Assembly (NCBI GenBank): GCA_947427205.1
Contig: CANEHB010000001.1
Location: forward strand, 81,334 to 145,333
Direction: 5' to 3'
DNA length: 64,000 bases
DNA from: an uncultured Clostridium sp.
Lineage (GTDB): Bacteria > Bacillota > Clostridia > TANB77 > CAG-508
Shown here one piece after another: positions 39,126 through 48,606 of the stretch. The notes beneath the pieces are model-generated. The model was not told where the DNA came from, did no database searches, and saw nothing but the letters and a program-made list of their open reading frames with translations. The translations under genes and the position numbers were made by a program. Every line of letters starts with the position of its first letter. Within the stretch, counting starts at the first letter, position 1.

Positions 39126-40664
39126 TTATCTAGCATCATCATTTTTATTATCTTTTTCTGGAATAGTTGTTTTTAATGTTGGAGAAGATATTATACCATC
39201 AGAATAAATAACTTTTGTTCCAGCGAGTTGTTCTGTATCTTTTAAAATACTTTCATATTTAGAAAGTAATTCTTGAAGATGTGCTTCAGATGGATTAGTA
39301 CTATCAACATATGCATGGTCTAAATCATATTCATTAAGATATGCTAAGTTAATAGAATTTTTAGCAAATACTGAAATTGATCTAAAATCTGTTATAACAA
39401 CATTTTTTTCTTCACCATTTTTATCAGTATAATTTATTGTACAAAAATGTTCAGGATTAGGAGGTGCTACTGAACTAGTATTTATATTAGTAGTTCTATC
39501 ATACATTGCTTTGATAGATGTTACCTTACAATCTGGATTTGCTGTTTCAAAAGCTGATTTTGATAAGTCGGCGATAACTAAATTTATTACATCATCTAAA
39601 TCATCTCTAAGTTTTGAAACTTCTTCTGCAGTAAGAGAAGTATAATCAGGATTTTGATATGTTTGTAATCTATTTCTAATACTTTCAAGTTCAGTTCTTG
39701 TTGCATTAGATATATATGATTGATATTCTGATGATGTAGAACTTAGATTATTGTATGTATTTATATTATTAACGTGTAATGCACCACCAAGAAGCGCTGA
39801 TGCTGTGGCAATAGCAGCAATAGTGGTTCGTACAGCGATTTTGTTTGCTTTATAAAATTTTGTTGTTTCATTTTTGACTCTTTGACCTAAGACATAAGCA
39901 CCTTCAGTAATTAAATTTGGTTCTGGAGCATATTCTTTTTTTTCGCTTTTTTCAAAAATGTTAGAAGCCTCGCCAATTACTTGGCTTGGTGTTTTAGCAT
40001 CTAATTTAGAAGTCATATCAATTACATGATTTGGTGTTTTTACTCCTGATATTGTAGCTCCGAATGCAACAGGAGTAAGAATTCCAGAAAACGCTTTAGA
40101 ATTTATGTGAGAACTATCTATTGCATCTATTTCTTTGATAGATTGTTTTGTAGCTAAATAATAATTATGACCAATTAATCTTGGAGAAGATTCACTAATG
40201 AATTTGTCAAAAAGTTTAGTACTTTTTGAAGTATTTTGCATGTAGTCTTTATATTTATTAATAGCTGTTAAATCAAATTCAGGATCTTGAAAAGAAAATC
40301 TAATTATAGAGCCTTTTAAAATGGAAGAAGCTTCTTTAAATTGAGCAAGTCTTCCAGAATGAAAAGCATATTTCTTAAAAATCTCAATTTCTTCATTTGA
40401 ATACTTTTGAGTAGTATAATTATTTGAATAAACTAAATTATTTTCAGGCTTTAAAAAGTCTAAATTACCTTTTGCTGCTAAAGCAAGAGCTTCTGAATAA
40501 GTATCTTGAACTTCATCTGGTGTAATATCTGGACCTTTTAATTTTGCAAGTTCAGAATAAAGCTTACATAACTTAGAATAATATTGTAACTGTTTACTAT
40601 ATAAAGCTTTTTGACAAAGCATAATATTTTTTTCATTATTTAGTTTCATTAATAATTCCTCCAA
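39126..40664 (-). CDS. hypothetical bitopic protein: ~280-aa cytoplasmic N-domain, one TM, ~210-aa extracytoplasmic C-domain
   Basis: 512-aa intact ORF; a single hydrophobic span (VRTTIAAIATASALLGGALHV); no recognisable catalytic motifs. Confidence 0.5.
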   Translation of the reverse strand: MEELLMKLNNEKNIMLCQKALYSKQLQYYSKLCKLYSELAKLKGPDITPDEVQDTYSEALALAAKGNLDFLKPENNLVYSNNYTTQKYSNEEIEIFKKYAFHSGRLAQFKEASSILKGSIIRFSFQDPEFDLTAINKYKDYMQNTSKSTKLFDKFISESSPRLIGHNYYLATKQSIKEIDAIDSSHINSKAFSGILTPVAFGATISGVKTPNHVIDMTSKLDAKTPSQVIGEASNIFEKSEKKEYAPEPNLITEGAYVLGQRVKNETTKFYKANKIAVRTTIAAIATASALLGGALHVNNINTYNNLSSTSSEYQSYISNATRTELESIRNRLQTYQNPDYTSLTAEEVSKLRDDLDDVINLVIADLSKSAFETANPDCKVTSIKAMYDRTTNINTSSVAPPNPEHFCTINYTDKNGEEKNVVITDFRSISVFAKNSINLAYLNEYDLDHAYVDSTNPSEAHLQELLSKYESILKDTEQLAGTKVIYSDGIISSPTLKTTIPEKDNKNDDAR

Positions 40665-41082
40665 TTTATTATTTTATAGAAAATACAAAGCACTTTCTAT
40701 AAAATAGAGGCTTACGCCCAATTTTGTACACAATTTTATTTCATAAAATTGGTACAATCCGAACAAATACGTAGACATTTGTAAATAATTTTGTGTTTTG
40801 CAACTTCCATAATGTCCACTTTTATTCTATTATAATATAAAATTAGACAAAAAAAATAAATGTAATCAAAAAGTAATGAATATGTAAAGGAAAAGTAGAA
40901 AATGAAAAAATAATATCAATATATAGATTTTAAAAAACGATGAAATGGTTGAAATATAAAGAAAAAAATAATATAAAATTATTAGTAGAAAATAATTGAC
41001 AAAAACTGTATTTTAATAGATAATTATTAGTATGAAAATAACAAAGGAAATAAATTTTTAAATTACGAAGGAGGAATATATA

Positions 41083-43644
41083 ATGTATATATTCAATAGA
41101 GTTACAGTAGTACCACAACTTCCACAAAGAATAGGAAAATTAGCAGAAATTGCAAATAATTTATGGTGGTCTTGGAATACGGAATTTTTAAGATTATTTA
41201 AAACTATTGATAATGATTTATGGGAAAATAGTGAGAAAAATCCTGTAAAATTTTTAAAGATGGTAAATCAAAATAGGATTGAAGAAATATCTAATGATCA
41301 AGAATTCCTAAAAAAATACGATAAAGTAGTTGAAAATTATGATAATTATATGGAAAGTAAAGATACATGGTTTAATCAAAACTATCCAGATAATAAAGAT
41401 GATTTAATAGCATATTTTTCAGCAGAATATGGATTAGATGAAGTACTTCCAATATATTCTGGTGGACTTGGGATTTTATCAGGTGATCACTTAAAATCTG
41501 CTAGTGATTTAGGATTACCTTTTGTAGCTGTTGGACTATTATATAAAAATGGATATTTCCATCAAAGAATAAATTCACGTGGAGAACAATGTTCAGAATA
41601 TAATAATATTGATTTATATAACTTACCAATAACACCAGTAAAAGACAAAATGGATGATGATATTATTATAGAAATTCCATTATTAGATAAAACTTTATAT
41701 TTAAAAATTTGGCAAATAAATGTTGGTAGAATAAAACTTTATTTGATGGATTCAGATATAGAAAAAAATCCTGAAGAATTTAGAAATATAACACTTAGAT
41801 TATATGGCGGAGACAAAGAAATGAGAATTCGTCAAGAAATTGTGTTAGGTATGGCAGGAGTAAAATTATTAAAAACTCTAGGATATGATCCTACAGTATA
41901 TCATATGAATGAAGGTCATTCTTCTTTCTTAACATTAGAATTAATAAAAGATACAATGCAAGAAAAACAAGTTTCATTTGAAATGGCAAAAGAAATTGCA
42001 ACAGTAAAAACAGTATTTACAACACATACACCAGTTCCAGCAGGAAATGATATATTCGATATAAGTTTAGTAGAAAGATATTTTAATGGTTTTTGGGAAA
42101 AATTAGGAATATCAAAAGAAGATTTCTTGAAATTAGGTATGCCAGGTGAAAACTTAGAACCAGGATTTAATATGGGAATTTTAGCATTAAAAATTGCTGG
42201 AAAGAAAAATGGAGTAAGTAAACTTCATGGAGCTGTTTCAAGAGAATTATTTAGTGAAGTATGGCCAAATATAGCAGAAGATGAATCACCAATTACTTAT
42301 GTAACAAATGGTATTCATACATGTTCATGGCTTGCACCAAATATAAAAGAATTATTTAATGAATATTTACCACCATATTGGCAAGACAAAATTCATTTAG
42401 ATTCTATATGGGAAAAAATTGATAATATTCCAAATGATAAACTTTGGACAGCACATATTGACAGAAAAGAAAAATTAATAAGACTAATAAAACAAAATGT
42501 TACTGAAAGATATGTAAACAGTGGAATAGGATATGACCAAATATCAGAAGTAGTAAGTAAGTTAAATCCTAAAGCTTTAACAATAGGATTTGCTAGAAGA
42601 TTTGCAACATATAAAAGAGCAACATTATTATTTAAAGATATAGCAAGACTTACACAAATATTAAATGATGAAAAACGTCCAGTACAAATAATTTTTGCAG
42701 GAAAAGCACATCCAGCAGACAAAGAAGGACAAGATTTAATAAAATATATTCATGAAATATCATTAATGCCACAATTTAAAGGAAAAATATTCATATTAGA
42801 AAACTATAATATAGGATTATCAAGATATTTAATAAGTGGTGTTGATGTATGGTTAAATAATCCAAGAAGACCAATGGAAGCATCAGGAACATCAGGAGAA
42901 AAAGCATCAGTTAATGGAGTTATAAACTTTAGTGTATTAGATGGATGGTGGTGCGAAGGATATGATGGAACAAATGGATGGACAATAGGAACAAATGCAC
43001 AATATGATTCTTATGAAGAGCAAGATAAAGCAGATAGTAATAGCCTATATCATACTTTGGAAAATAAGATAATACCAGCATATTATAATCAAGATAAAGA
43101 TGGTATTTCAAAAGAATGGTTAACATATATGAAAAATTCTATAAGAACAACAGGAGGAAAATATAGTACAGCAAGAATGGTTACAGACTATGTAAATGAT
43201 TTATATATGCCACTTTGCAATATTAGAAAAAAATATTTTGACGATTTAGCTAGAGTTGGAGAATTTACAGAATGGAAGAAAAATGCTAGAAATAATTGGG
43301 AAAACATATCACTAGTACAAGATAGGAATGTTGATAATGCAAAATTAGTTGCAGGAACACAAATATCAGTAACTTGTGAAGTATATCTTCCAAATATATC
43401 AGAAGAAAACGCAGATATTCAAGTATACTTTGGACAATTTTTAGATAATGGATCTGTTAGAAATGTATACACTAAAGAAATGAATAAAATATCTGAAAAT
43501 AAAGAAGAACATAAATATATGTACGAAGCTGTTTTAGATTTAAAAACAGGTGGAAACTTTGGATATACATTTAGAGTTATGCCAAAACATGAAATGTTAT
43601 TAGATGCTGAAAACATGAACTTAGTAAAATGGATAACAAAATAA
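41083..43644 (+). CDS. glgP: alpha-glucan phosphorylase (GT35, GlgP family with DUF3417 N-domain)
   Basis: 853 aa; motifs EYGLDEVLPIYSGGLGILSGDHLKSASDLGLP and TTHTPVPAGND, plus the pyridoxal-phosphate region. Confidence 0.9.
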   Translation: MYIFNRVTVVPQLPQRIGKLAEIANNLWWSWNTEFLRLFKTIDNDLWENSEKNPVKFLKMVNQNRIEEISNDQEFLKKYDKVVENYDNYMESKDTWFNQNYPDNKDDLIAYFSAEYGLDEVLPIYSGGLGILSGDHLKSASDLGLPFVAVGLLYKNGYFHQRINSRGEQCSEYNNIDLYNLPITPVKDKMDDDIIIEIPLLDKTLYLKIWQINVGRIKLYLMDSDIEKNPEEFRNITLRLYGGDKEMRIRQEIVLGMAGVKLLKTLGYDPTVYHMNEGHSSFLTLELIKDTMQEKQVSFEMAKEIATVKTVFTTHTPVPAGNDIFDISLVERYFNGFWEKLGISKEDFLKLGMPGENLEPGFNMGILALKIAGKKNGVSKLHGAVSRELFSEVWPNIAEDESPITYVTNGIHTCSWLAPNIKELFNEYLPPYWQDKIHLDSIWEKIDNIPNDKLWTAHIDRKEKLIRLIKQNVTERYVNSGIGYDQISEVVSKLNPKALTIGFARRFATYKRATLLFKDIARLTQILNDEKRPVQIIFAGKAHPADKEGQDLIKYIHEISLMPQFKGKIFILENYNIGLSRYLISGVDVWLNNPRRPMEASGTSGEKASVNGVINFSVLDGWWCEGYDGTNGWTIGTNAQYDSYEEQDKADSNSLYHTLENKIIPAYYNQDKDGISKEWLTYMKNSIRTTGGKYSTARMVTDYVNDLYMPLCNIRKKYFDDLARVGEFTEWKKNARNNWENISLVQDRNVDNAKLVAGTQISVTCEVYLPNISEENADIQVYFGQFLDNGSVRNVYTKEMNKISENKEEHKYMYEAVLDLKTGGNFGYTFRVMPKHEMLLDAENMNLVKWITK

Positions 43645-43650
43645 CATAAA

Positions 43651-43690
43651 AACCCTCTCTTTAAATTTAAGAGAGGGTTAAATTGTTATT
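43651..43690 (+). terminator. rho-independent terminator of glgP
   Basis: accctctct/gagagggt stem followed by a T-rich tract. Confidence 0.75.
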
Positions 43691-44214
43691 TATAAGAACT
43701 GGATAGATAAGCAATTACATAAATAGAAAATAAACCATTCTGCTTAGATCTGGAACAGTTTATTTAATCCTATAGGCAAAACCATTTCTTGTATTTTTCA
43801 TTTCTTGTATTTATGTATTTATTTTAGTATAAAAGTCGAAAAGAATCGTTAATAACAATATAAGGTACTCAAAATATAAATTTCAAAAAGGTGTGACTAG
43901 CTTTCAAAATTTTATTTAAAAATTTAAAAAAGTACTTTACAAATGAAAAATATCGTGCTATAATCACAAGCAAGTTAAATATTTTAACTGTAGATTATTT
44001 TAAATCTAAAATAAATATCGTTCTGATATTTATTTATCCCAAATTTTTGAAAAAATATAATATGAAAAGAATGTTTTTTTGTCATGCCCCAAAAACAGAA
44101 AAATAGTAAAATTTAGTTTAAATAATTGTTTGTTTTATGCCCCTAATAGAATAATTATTAATAAAAATTTGCAGATTAAAATATTTAACTTAAAATTTTA
44201 TAAAAGGAGGTTGA

Positions 44215-44796
44215 ATGAAAAAAAGAGTAATTAGTGTTTCTATTATAATGGCACTAATTTCAGTAACTTTTATAGCAGGCTATAAATTGGCTAGTAGTTA
44301 CAAATCAGCAAATACTGCTATAGGATATGCAGAGATTGCTAGATGGTCATTTGGATCAGATACCTCAGGAAATATAATAAGATTATCAAATGAAAAGATA
44401 TCTCCTGGTTCAAATGGCGTATTTGAAATTGAAGTTGATGCAAGTGCTTCTGATATTGATGTTGAGTATGAAATAAAAGTTATAGAAGAAAGAAACATAC
44501 CAACTAATATGAAGTTTTTTGCAGAAATAAGAAATGAACAAGGAGGTGTAATAAATAAGACAAAAGAATATAGTACATTTACAGAGCTTGCATCTAATGA
44601 ATTATTAGGAAATATTCCTGTTGAAGAAAATAACCAAAAGAGAATAATTATGGTTTATTGGAATTGGGAATATACAAAATATGATGTTAGTTTAGAAGAT
44701 AAACTAGATGCCACATTATCATATGATGAAAACGGAAAGTCATCTTTAGAATGTGGATTTAATATAGAAATTGTTGGAAAACAAAAGAACAAATAA
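44215..44796 (+). CDS. secreted hypothetical protein
   Basis: 193 aa, RBS AAGGAGG, signal peptide; followed by terminator hairpin 44888-44916. Confidence 0.6.
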   Translation: MKKRVISVSIIMALISVTFIAGYKLASSYKSANTAIGYAEIARWSFGSDTSGNIIRLSNEKISPGSNGVFEIEVDASASDIDVEYEIKVIEERNIPTNMKFFAEIRNEQGGVINKTKEYSTFTELASNELLGNIPVEENNQKRIIMVYWNWEYTKYDVSLEDKLDATLSYDENGKSSLECGFNIEIVGKQKNK

Positions 44797-45162
44797 TATA
44801 TACATTACCTTTTTACAATTTTAAATGATACAAAAGAAAATGATTAAAAATTATTGCCAAGTAAAATCCTATAAAACTTTATATATTAAAAGCAGAGAGA
44901 ATAAAACTCTCTGCTAAGGATAATTTTAAAGAATATTTTTTTGTTTAATAGAAAATTTTTATATTTTCTATTAAACAAAATATTATTAAAATTTGTAAAG
45001 TTGTTTTTAGCAGAAAGTTTTAAAAGTTAAATATGAAGTTTTTTAAAATATGATATATGAAATAAATATATAGATATGTATTATTAAAATAATAATAAAG
45101 TGAATTTTATATTTATTAAAATTTGTAAAGTAAAAATAAATTAATTAAAAGGAGCAAGTATT

Positions 45163-45870
45163 ATTAGAATTTTAAAAAAGAGTATATTAAGAATAATTAT
45201 TATTTTTTTAGTATTAATAATGTTATTAAAATTAATAAGTTTTGCAAGATATTATGAAAAATTAGAAAAAATAAAAGTTATTGCAAATATAGCAGAGCCA
45301 ATTTTAAATATTGAAATATTACAAGAAAAAATAGAGCTAGAAGTAAGTAGTAAAACTAATAATGGAGAATTCTTTTTTACAATGAAAAATTACAAAGAAG
45401 AAAATAATGTGAGAAAATTAACAGATGTTGATTTAGAATTTTGCATAGAAATAGAAGTTACAGATAAAAATTTTCCTATAGAATGCAAAATATATGATTG
45501 TAATAATGAAAAAGAAATTGTAGAGACAGAGAAAATGAAAGTAACTAAAGATAAAGAATTTGAAGGTAAATATAAAGTAGTTATATTTTGCAATGAAAAT
45601 ATCAATAATAAAAATTCTGAAATAAGTGATGTAAATATTAATATTAAAGTAAATGGCAAATATAACTATACAGAAAAGATACAAGCATTTTCTTTAAAAA
45701 GAAAAAAGTTAGAAACAAAGAAGAATATACCTAAAACTCAAGAAGAATATATAGAGCCATCAAAATCTATAGAAACTATTGATATTACTTATAATCCAAT
45801 AATAGAAATCGAAAAAGGAAAAAATAAAAATGGGGCAGATATAAATTATATAATTGAGAGAGTAAATTAA
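45163..45870 (+). CDS. secreted/membrane-anchored hypothetical protein, likely paralog of the 44215 gene; possible non-ATG (ATT) start
   Basis: ORF open from 45150. AAAGGAG lies 8 nt before ATT at 45163, giving a signal-peptide-like N-terminus. The first ATG at 45220 has no RBS. Confidence 0.45.
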   Translation: MRILKKSILRIIIIFLVLIMLLKLISFARYYEKLEKIKVIANIAEPILNIEILQEKIELEVSSKTNNGEFFFTMKNYKEENNVRKLTDVDLEFCIEIEVTDKNFPIECKIYDCNNEKEIVETEKMKVTKDKEFEGKYKVVIFCNENINNKNSEISDVNINIKVNGKYNYTEKIQAFSLKRKKLETKKNIPKTQEEYIEPSKSIETIDITYNPIIEIEKGKNKNGADINYIIERVN

Positions 45871-46029
45871 AAGATATAATTAAAAATTTGAATTTACTGA
45901 CTTCAAACTCAAATAACTAAGATTTTATTTCGCATAGACTTTTTATAATTTATTTGATATAATATGTTAAAATTTTTTGTAATATAAAAGTTCAAAAAAT
46001 AACTTCAAATATAGTAAAAGGAGAAAATC

Positions 46030-46884
46030 ATGTTATTTTCACATAAAATGAAAACATATGCTTTTGTAGGACCATCAGGAACAGGAAAAAGTTATAGGGC
46101 ACAGATGGTAGCAAATGAAAGAGGAATAAATTTTATAATAGATGATGGACTTTTAATAAGTGGAAATGAAGTTTTAGCAGGAATTTCAGCAAAAAAAGCA
46201 CCAACTAAAATAGAAACAGTAAGAAACGCTTTATTTCAAAATGATGAAAGAAAAAAGGAAATTCAAAATGTAATAAAAAAGAAAAAACCAGAAAGTATAT
46301 TAATACTTGGAACATCAGATGAGATGGTAAAAAGAATAGCAGAAAATCTTGGATTTGAGCCTATATCAGAAACAATATATATAACAGATGTTGCAACAGA
46401 AGAGGAAATGGCAACAGCAAGAAATATGAGAGTAACTCAAGGTAAACATGTTATACCAGTTCCAACTTTTGCAATAAAAAAAGATTTTTCAGGATATTTA
46501 TTAGATCCACTTCAAATTTTTAAATCAACAGGAAAAGGAAAAGAGCCATATATTTCTGAAAAATCAATAATAAGACCAACTTTTAGTTACTTAGGAAATT
46601 TTAAAATTTCTGATACTGTTTTTAAGCAAATAGTTGATTACGTATCAATAAAAACAGAAGGAATTAATAAAATTTATAGAACGATAATAAAAAAACATGA
46701 AGGCTTTGACGATGGAATATATATTTATTTAGAAGTAATTATTGAATTTGGATATAACATTAATGATACGATGCAAATATTAAAACGTAATATAATAAAA
46801 GAAATTGAAAAATTAACAGCAATGAATGTTTTAAGTATGGAAATAATTGTAAAAGGTGTTAATTATAATAAAGATAATAAATAA
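46030..46884 (+). CDS. P-loop NTPase domain fused to a C-terminal Asp23/Gls24-like domain
   Basis: Walker A GPSGTGKS near the N-terminus; C-terminus ISDTVFKQIVDYVSIKTEGIN…IYLEVIIEFGYNINDTMQILKRNIIKEIEKLTAMNVLSMEIIVKGV parallels the Asp23 protein at 1774. Confidence 0.5.
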   Translation: MLFSHKMKTYAFVGPSGTGKSYRAQMVANERGINFIIDDGLLISGNEVLAGISAKKAPTKIETVRNALFQNDERKKEIQNVIKKKKPESILILGTSDEMVKRIAENLGFEPISETIYITDVATEEEMATARNMRVTQGKHVIPVPTFAIKKDFSGYLLDPLQIFKSTGKGKEPYISEKSIIRPTFSYLGNFKISDTVFKQIVDYVSIKTEGINKIYRTIIKKHEGFDDGIYIYLEVIIEFGYNINDTMQILKRNIIKEIEKLTAMNVLSMEIIVKGVNYNKDNK

Positions 46885-46933
46885 AATGTTATTAACTATA
46901 TGAAAAATAATATTTTTAAAATAGGGGGAAATT

Positions 46934-47605
46934 ATGGCATTTGTAGTAGCAATAGATGGACCTGCTGGAAGTGGAAAAGGTACAATAACAAAATTAGTAG
47001 GAGAAAAAATGAATTTAATCAGTATAGATACTGGGGCAATGTATCGCTCTCTAAGTTTATATATGATAAAAAATAATATAGCACTTGATGAAATAGATAA
47101 AATAGAAGATATGTTAAAAAAAGTTAATATTGAATTAAAAAAAGAAGATAATATGGATCTAGTTTATTTAGATGGTGAAAATGTTACAAAACGAATTAGA
47201 GAAAAAGATGTAAATGAAATAGTTTCACCAGTATCACATATGAGTAATATAAGAGAAGCTATGGTAGATATGCAAAGAAAGATGGCACAAGGTCTAGATG
47301 TTATAATGGAAGGAAGAGACATTGGTACAAACGTATTTCCAAATGCAGATGTAAAAATATATTTAGATGCAAGTGCAGAAGAAAGAGCAAATAGAAGACT
47401 AAAACAAAATAAAGAGAAAGGCATAAATACAAGTTATGAAGAAATTTTAGAAAATATAAAATCTCGAGATAAAAATGATAAGGCATCAAATGTTGGAACT
47501 TTTAAACAAGCAGAAGATGCAATATATATTGATTCTACTAATTTAACTATTGAAGAGGTAACAGATAGAATAGTTAATATTATAAAAGAAAAAAGAAAGG
47601 CTTAA
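46934..47605 (+). CDS. cmk: cytidylate kinase
   Basis: IAIDGPAGSGKGT P-loop and CMP-binding motifs. Confidence 0.9.
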   Translation: MAFVVAIDGPAGSGKGTITKLVGEKMNLISIDTGAMYRSLSLYMIKNNIALDEIDKIEDMLKKVNIELKKEDNMDLVYLDGENVTKRIREKDVNEIVSPVSHMSNIREAMVDMQRKMAQGLDVIMEGRDIGTNVFPNADVKIYLDASAEERANRRLKQNKEKGINTSYEEILENIKSRDKNDKASNVGTFKQAEDAIYIDSTNLTIEEVTDRIVNIIKEKRKA

Positions 47606-47687
47606 AATTATATAAATGTTTTATTATAAATATTTTGAATGAAACTTTTATAATATTTATTAGATTAAGAGAGGAACAAAATTTAAT

Positions 47688-48311
47688 ATGGAAAAGATAA
47701 AAAACTTTTTTAAAGAAGTAGCAAGAGCAGTAGTTAGATTCATTGTTTTAGTATATTGCAGGATTATTTATAGAGTAAAAATTATAGGAAAAGAAAATAT
47801 ACCAAAAGATGGAGCATTAATATTTTGTGGAAATCACAGAACATATTTGGATCCACCATTAATAATAGTTACAGCAGGTAGGCATATTAGATTTATAGCA
47901 AAAGAGGAGTTAAAGAAAAATCCACTTTTTGCAGTACTTGGAGTTCTTTTTGAAGGAATATTTGTAAAAAGAGATGCTAAAGACATTTCAGCAATGAAAG
48001 AATCAATTAAAACTTTAAAAAATAAAGGTGCAATAGGAATTTTTCCAGAAGGAACAAGAAATGGATTTGAAAAAAATGATGGAAAAGTGAAAAATGGAGC
48101 AGCATATATGGCATTAAAAACAGGAGCAAAAGTATTACCGATAGCAGTTGTTGGACCATCCAAACCATTTACTAAAAATGCAATAATATATGGAAAACCA
48201 ATAGATTTTTCAGAGTATGCAAAAGATAAAAAAATTGAAAAAGAAGCTGAAGATGAAGTAAGTGAAATAATAAAACAAGAAATTTTAAAATTATGTGAGA
48301 CTAAAATATAA
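47688..48311 (+). CDS. plsC: 1-acyl-sn-glycerol-3-phosphate acyltransferase
   Basis: HX4D motif (GNHRTYLDP) and FPEGTR motif. Confidence 0.85.
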   Translation: MEKIKNFFKEVARAVVRFIVLVYCRIIYRVKIIGKENIPKDGALIFCGNHRTYLDPPLIIVTAGRHIRFIAKEELKKNPLFAVLGVLFEGIFVKRDAKDISAMKESIKTLKNKGAIGIFPEGTRNGFEKNDGKVKNGAAYMALKTGAKVLPIAVVGPSKPFTKNAIIYGKPIDFSEYAKDKKIEKEAEDEVSEIIKQEILKLCETKI

Positions 48312-48388
48312 TGAAAGATATATAAAATTATTTATGATTTGTGATGATAAAATAATAAAAAAGAATTAATAAGTAACAAAAGATTATG

Positions 48389-48460
48389 TTGACAAAAAAA
48401 GACTGTTGATATATAATTATATGGTTAAATTTGCATTAAGTAAATTTAACCGTTTTTTAT
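48389..48460 (+). promoter_or_regulatory. consensus promoter (TTGACA-17-TATAAT) followed immediately by a terminator-like hairpin in the typA leader
   Basis: -35 at 48389-94, -10 at 48412-17, then ggttaaattt/aaatttaacc 10-bp stem (48423-48451) plus GTTTTTT. Confidence 0.5.
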
Positions 48461-48606
48461 ATTCTAGAAAATTTATCATAGTATGATAAATTTTTGTAGA
48501 AGATAATTATGACGGAAGCTAGACTTTGTAGCAGTTTGCACTGTGTACAAAATCTTAATTCGTTTTTTATGTAAAGTAATAGATTAAAATAAGAGGGGTA
48601 GTAAAA

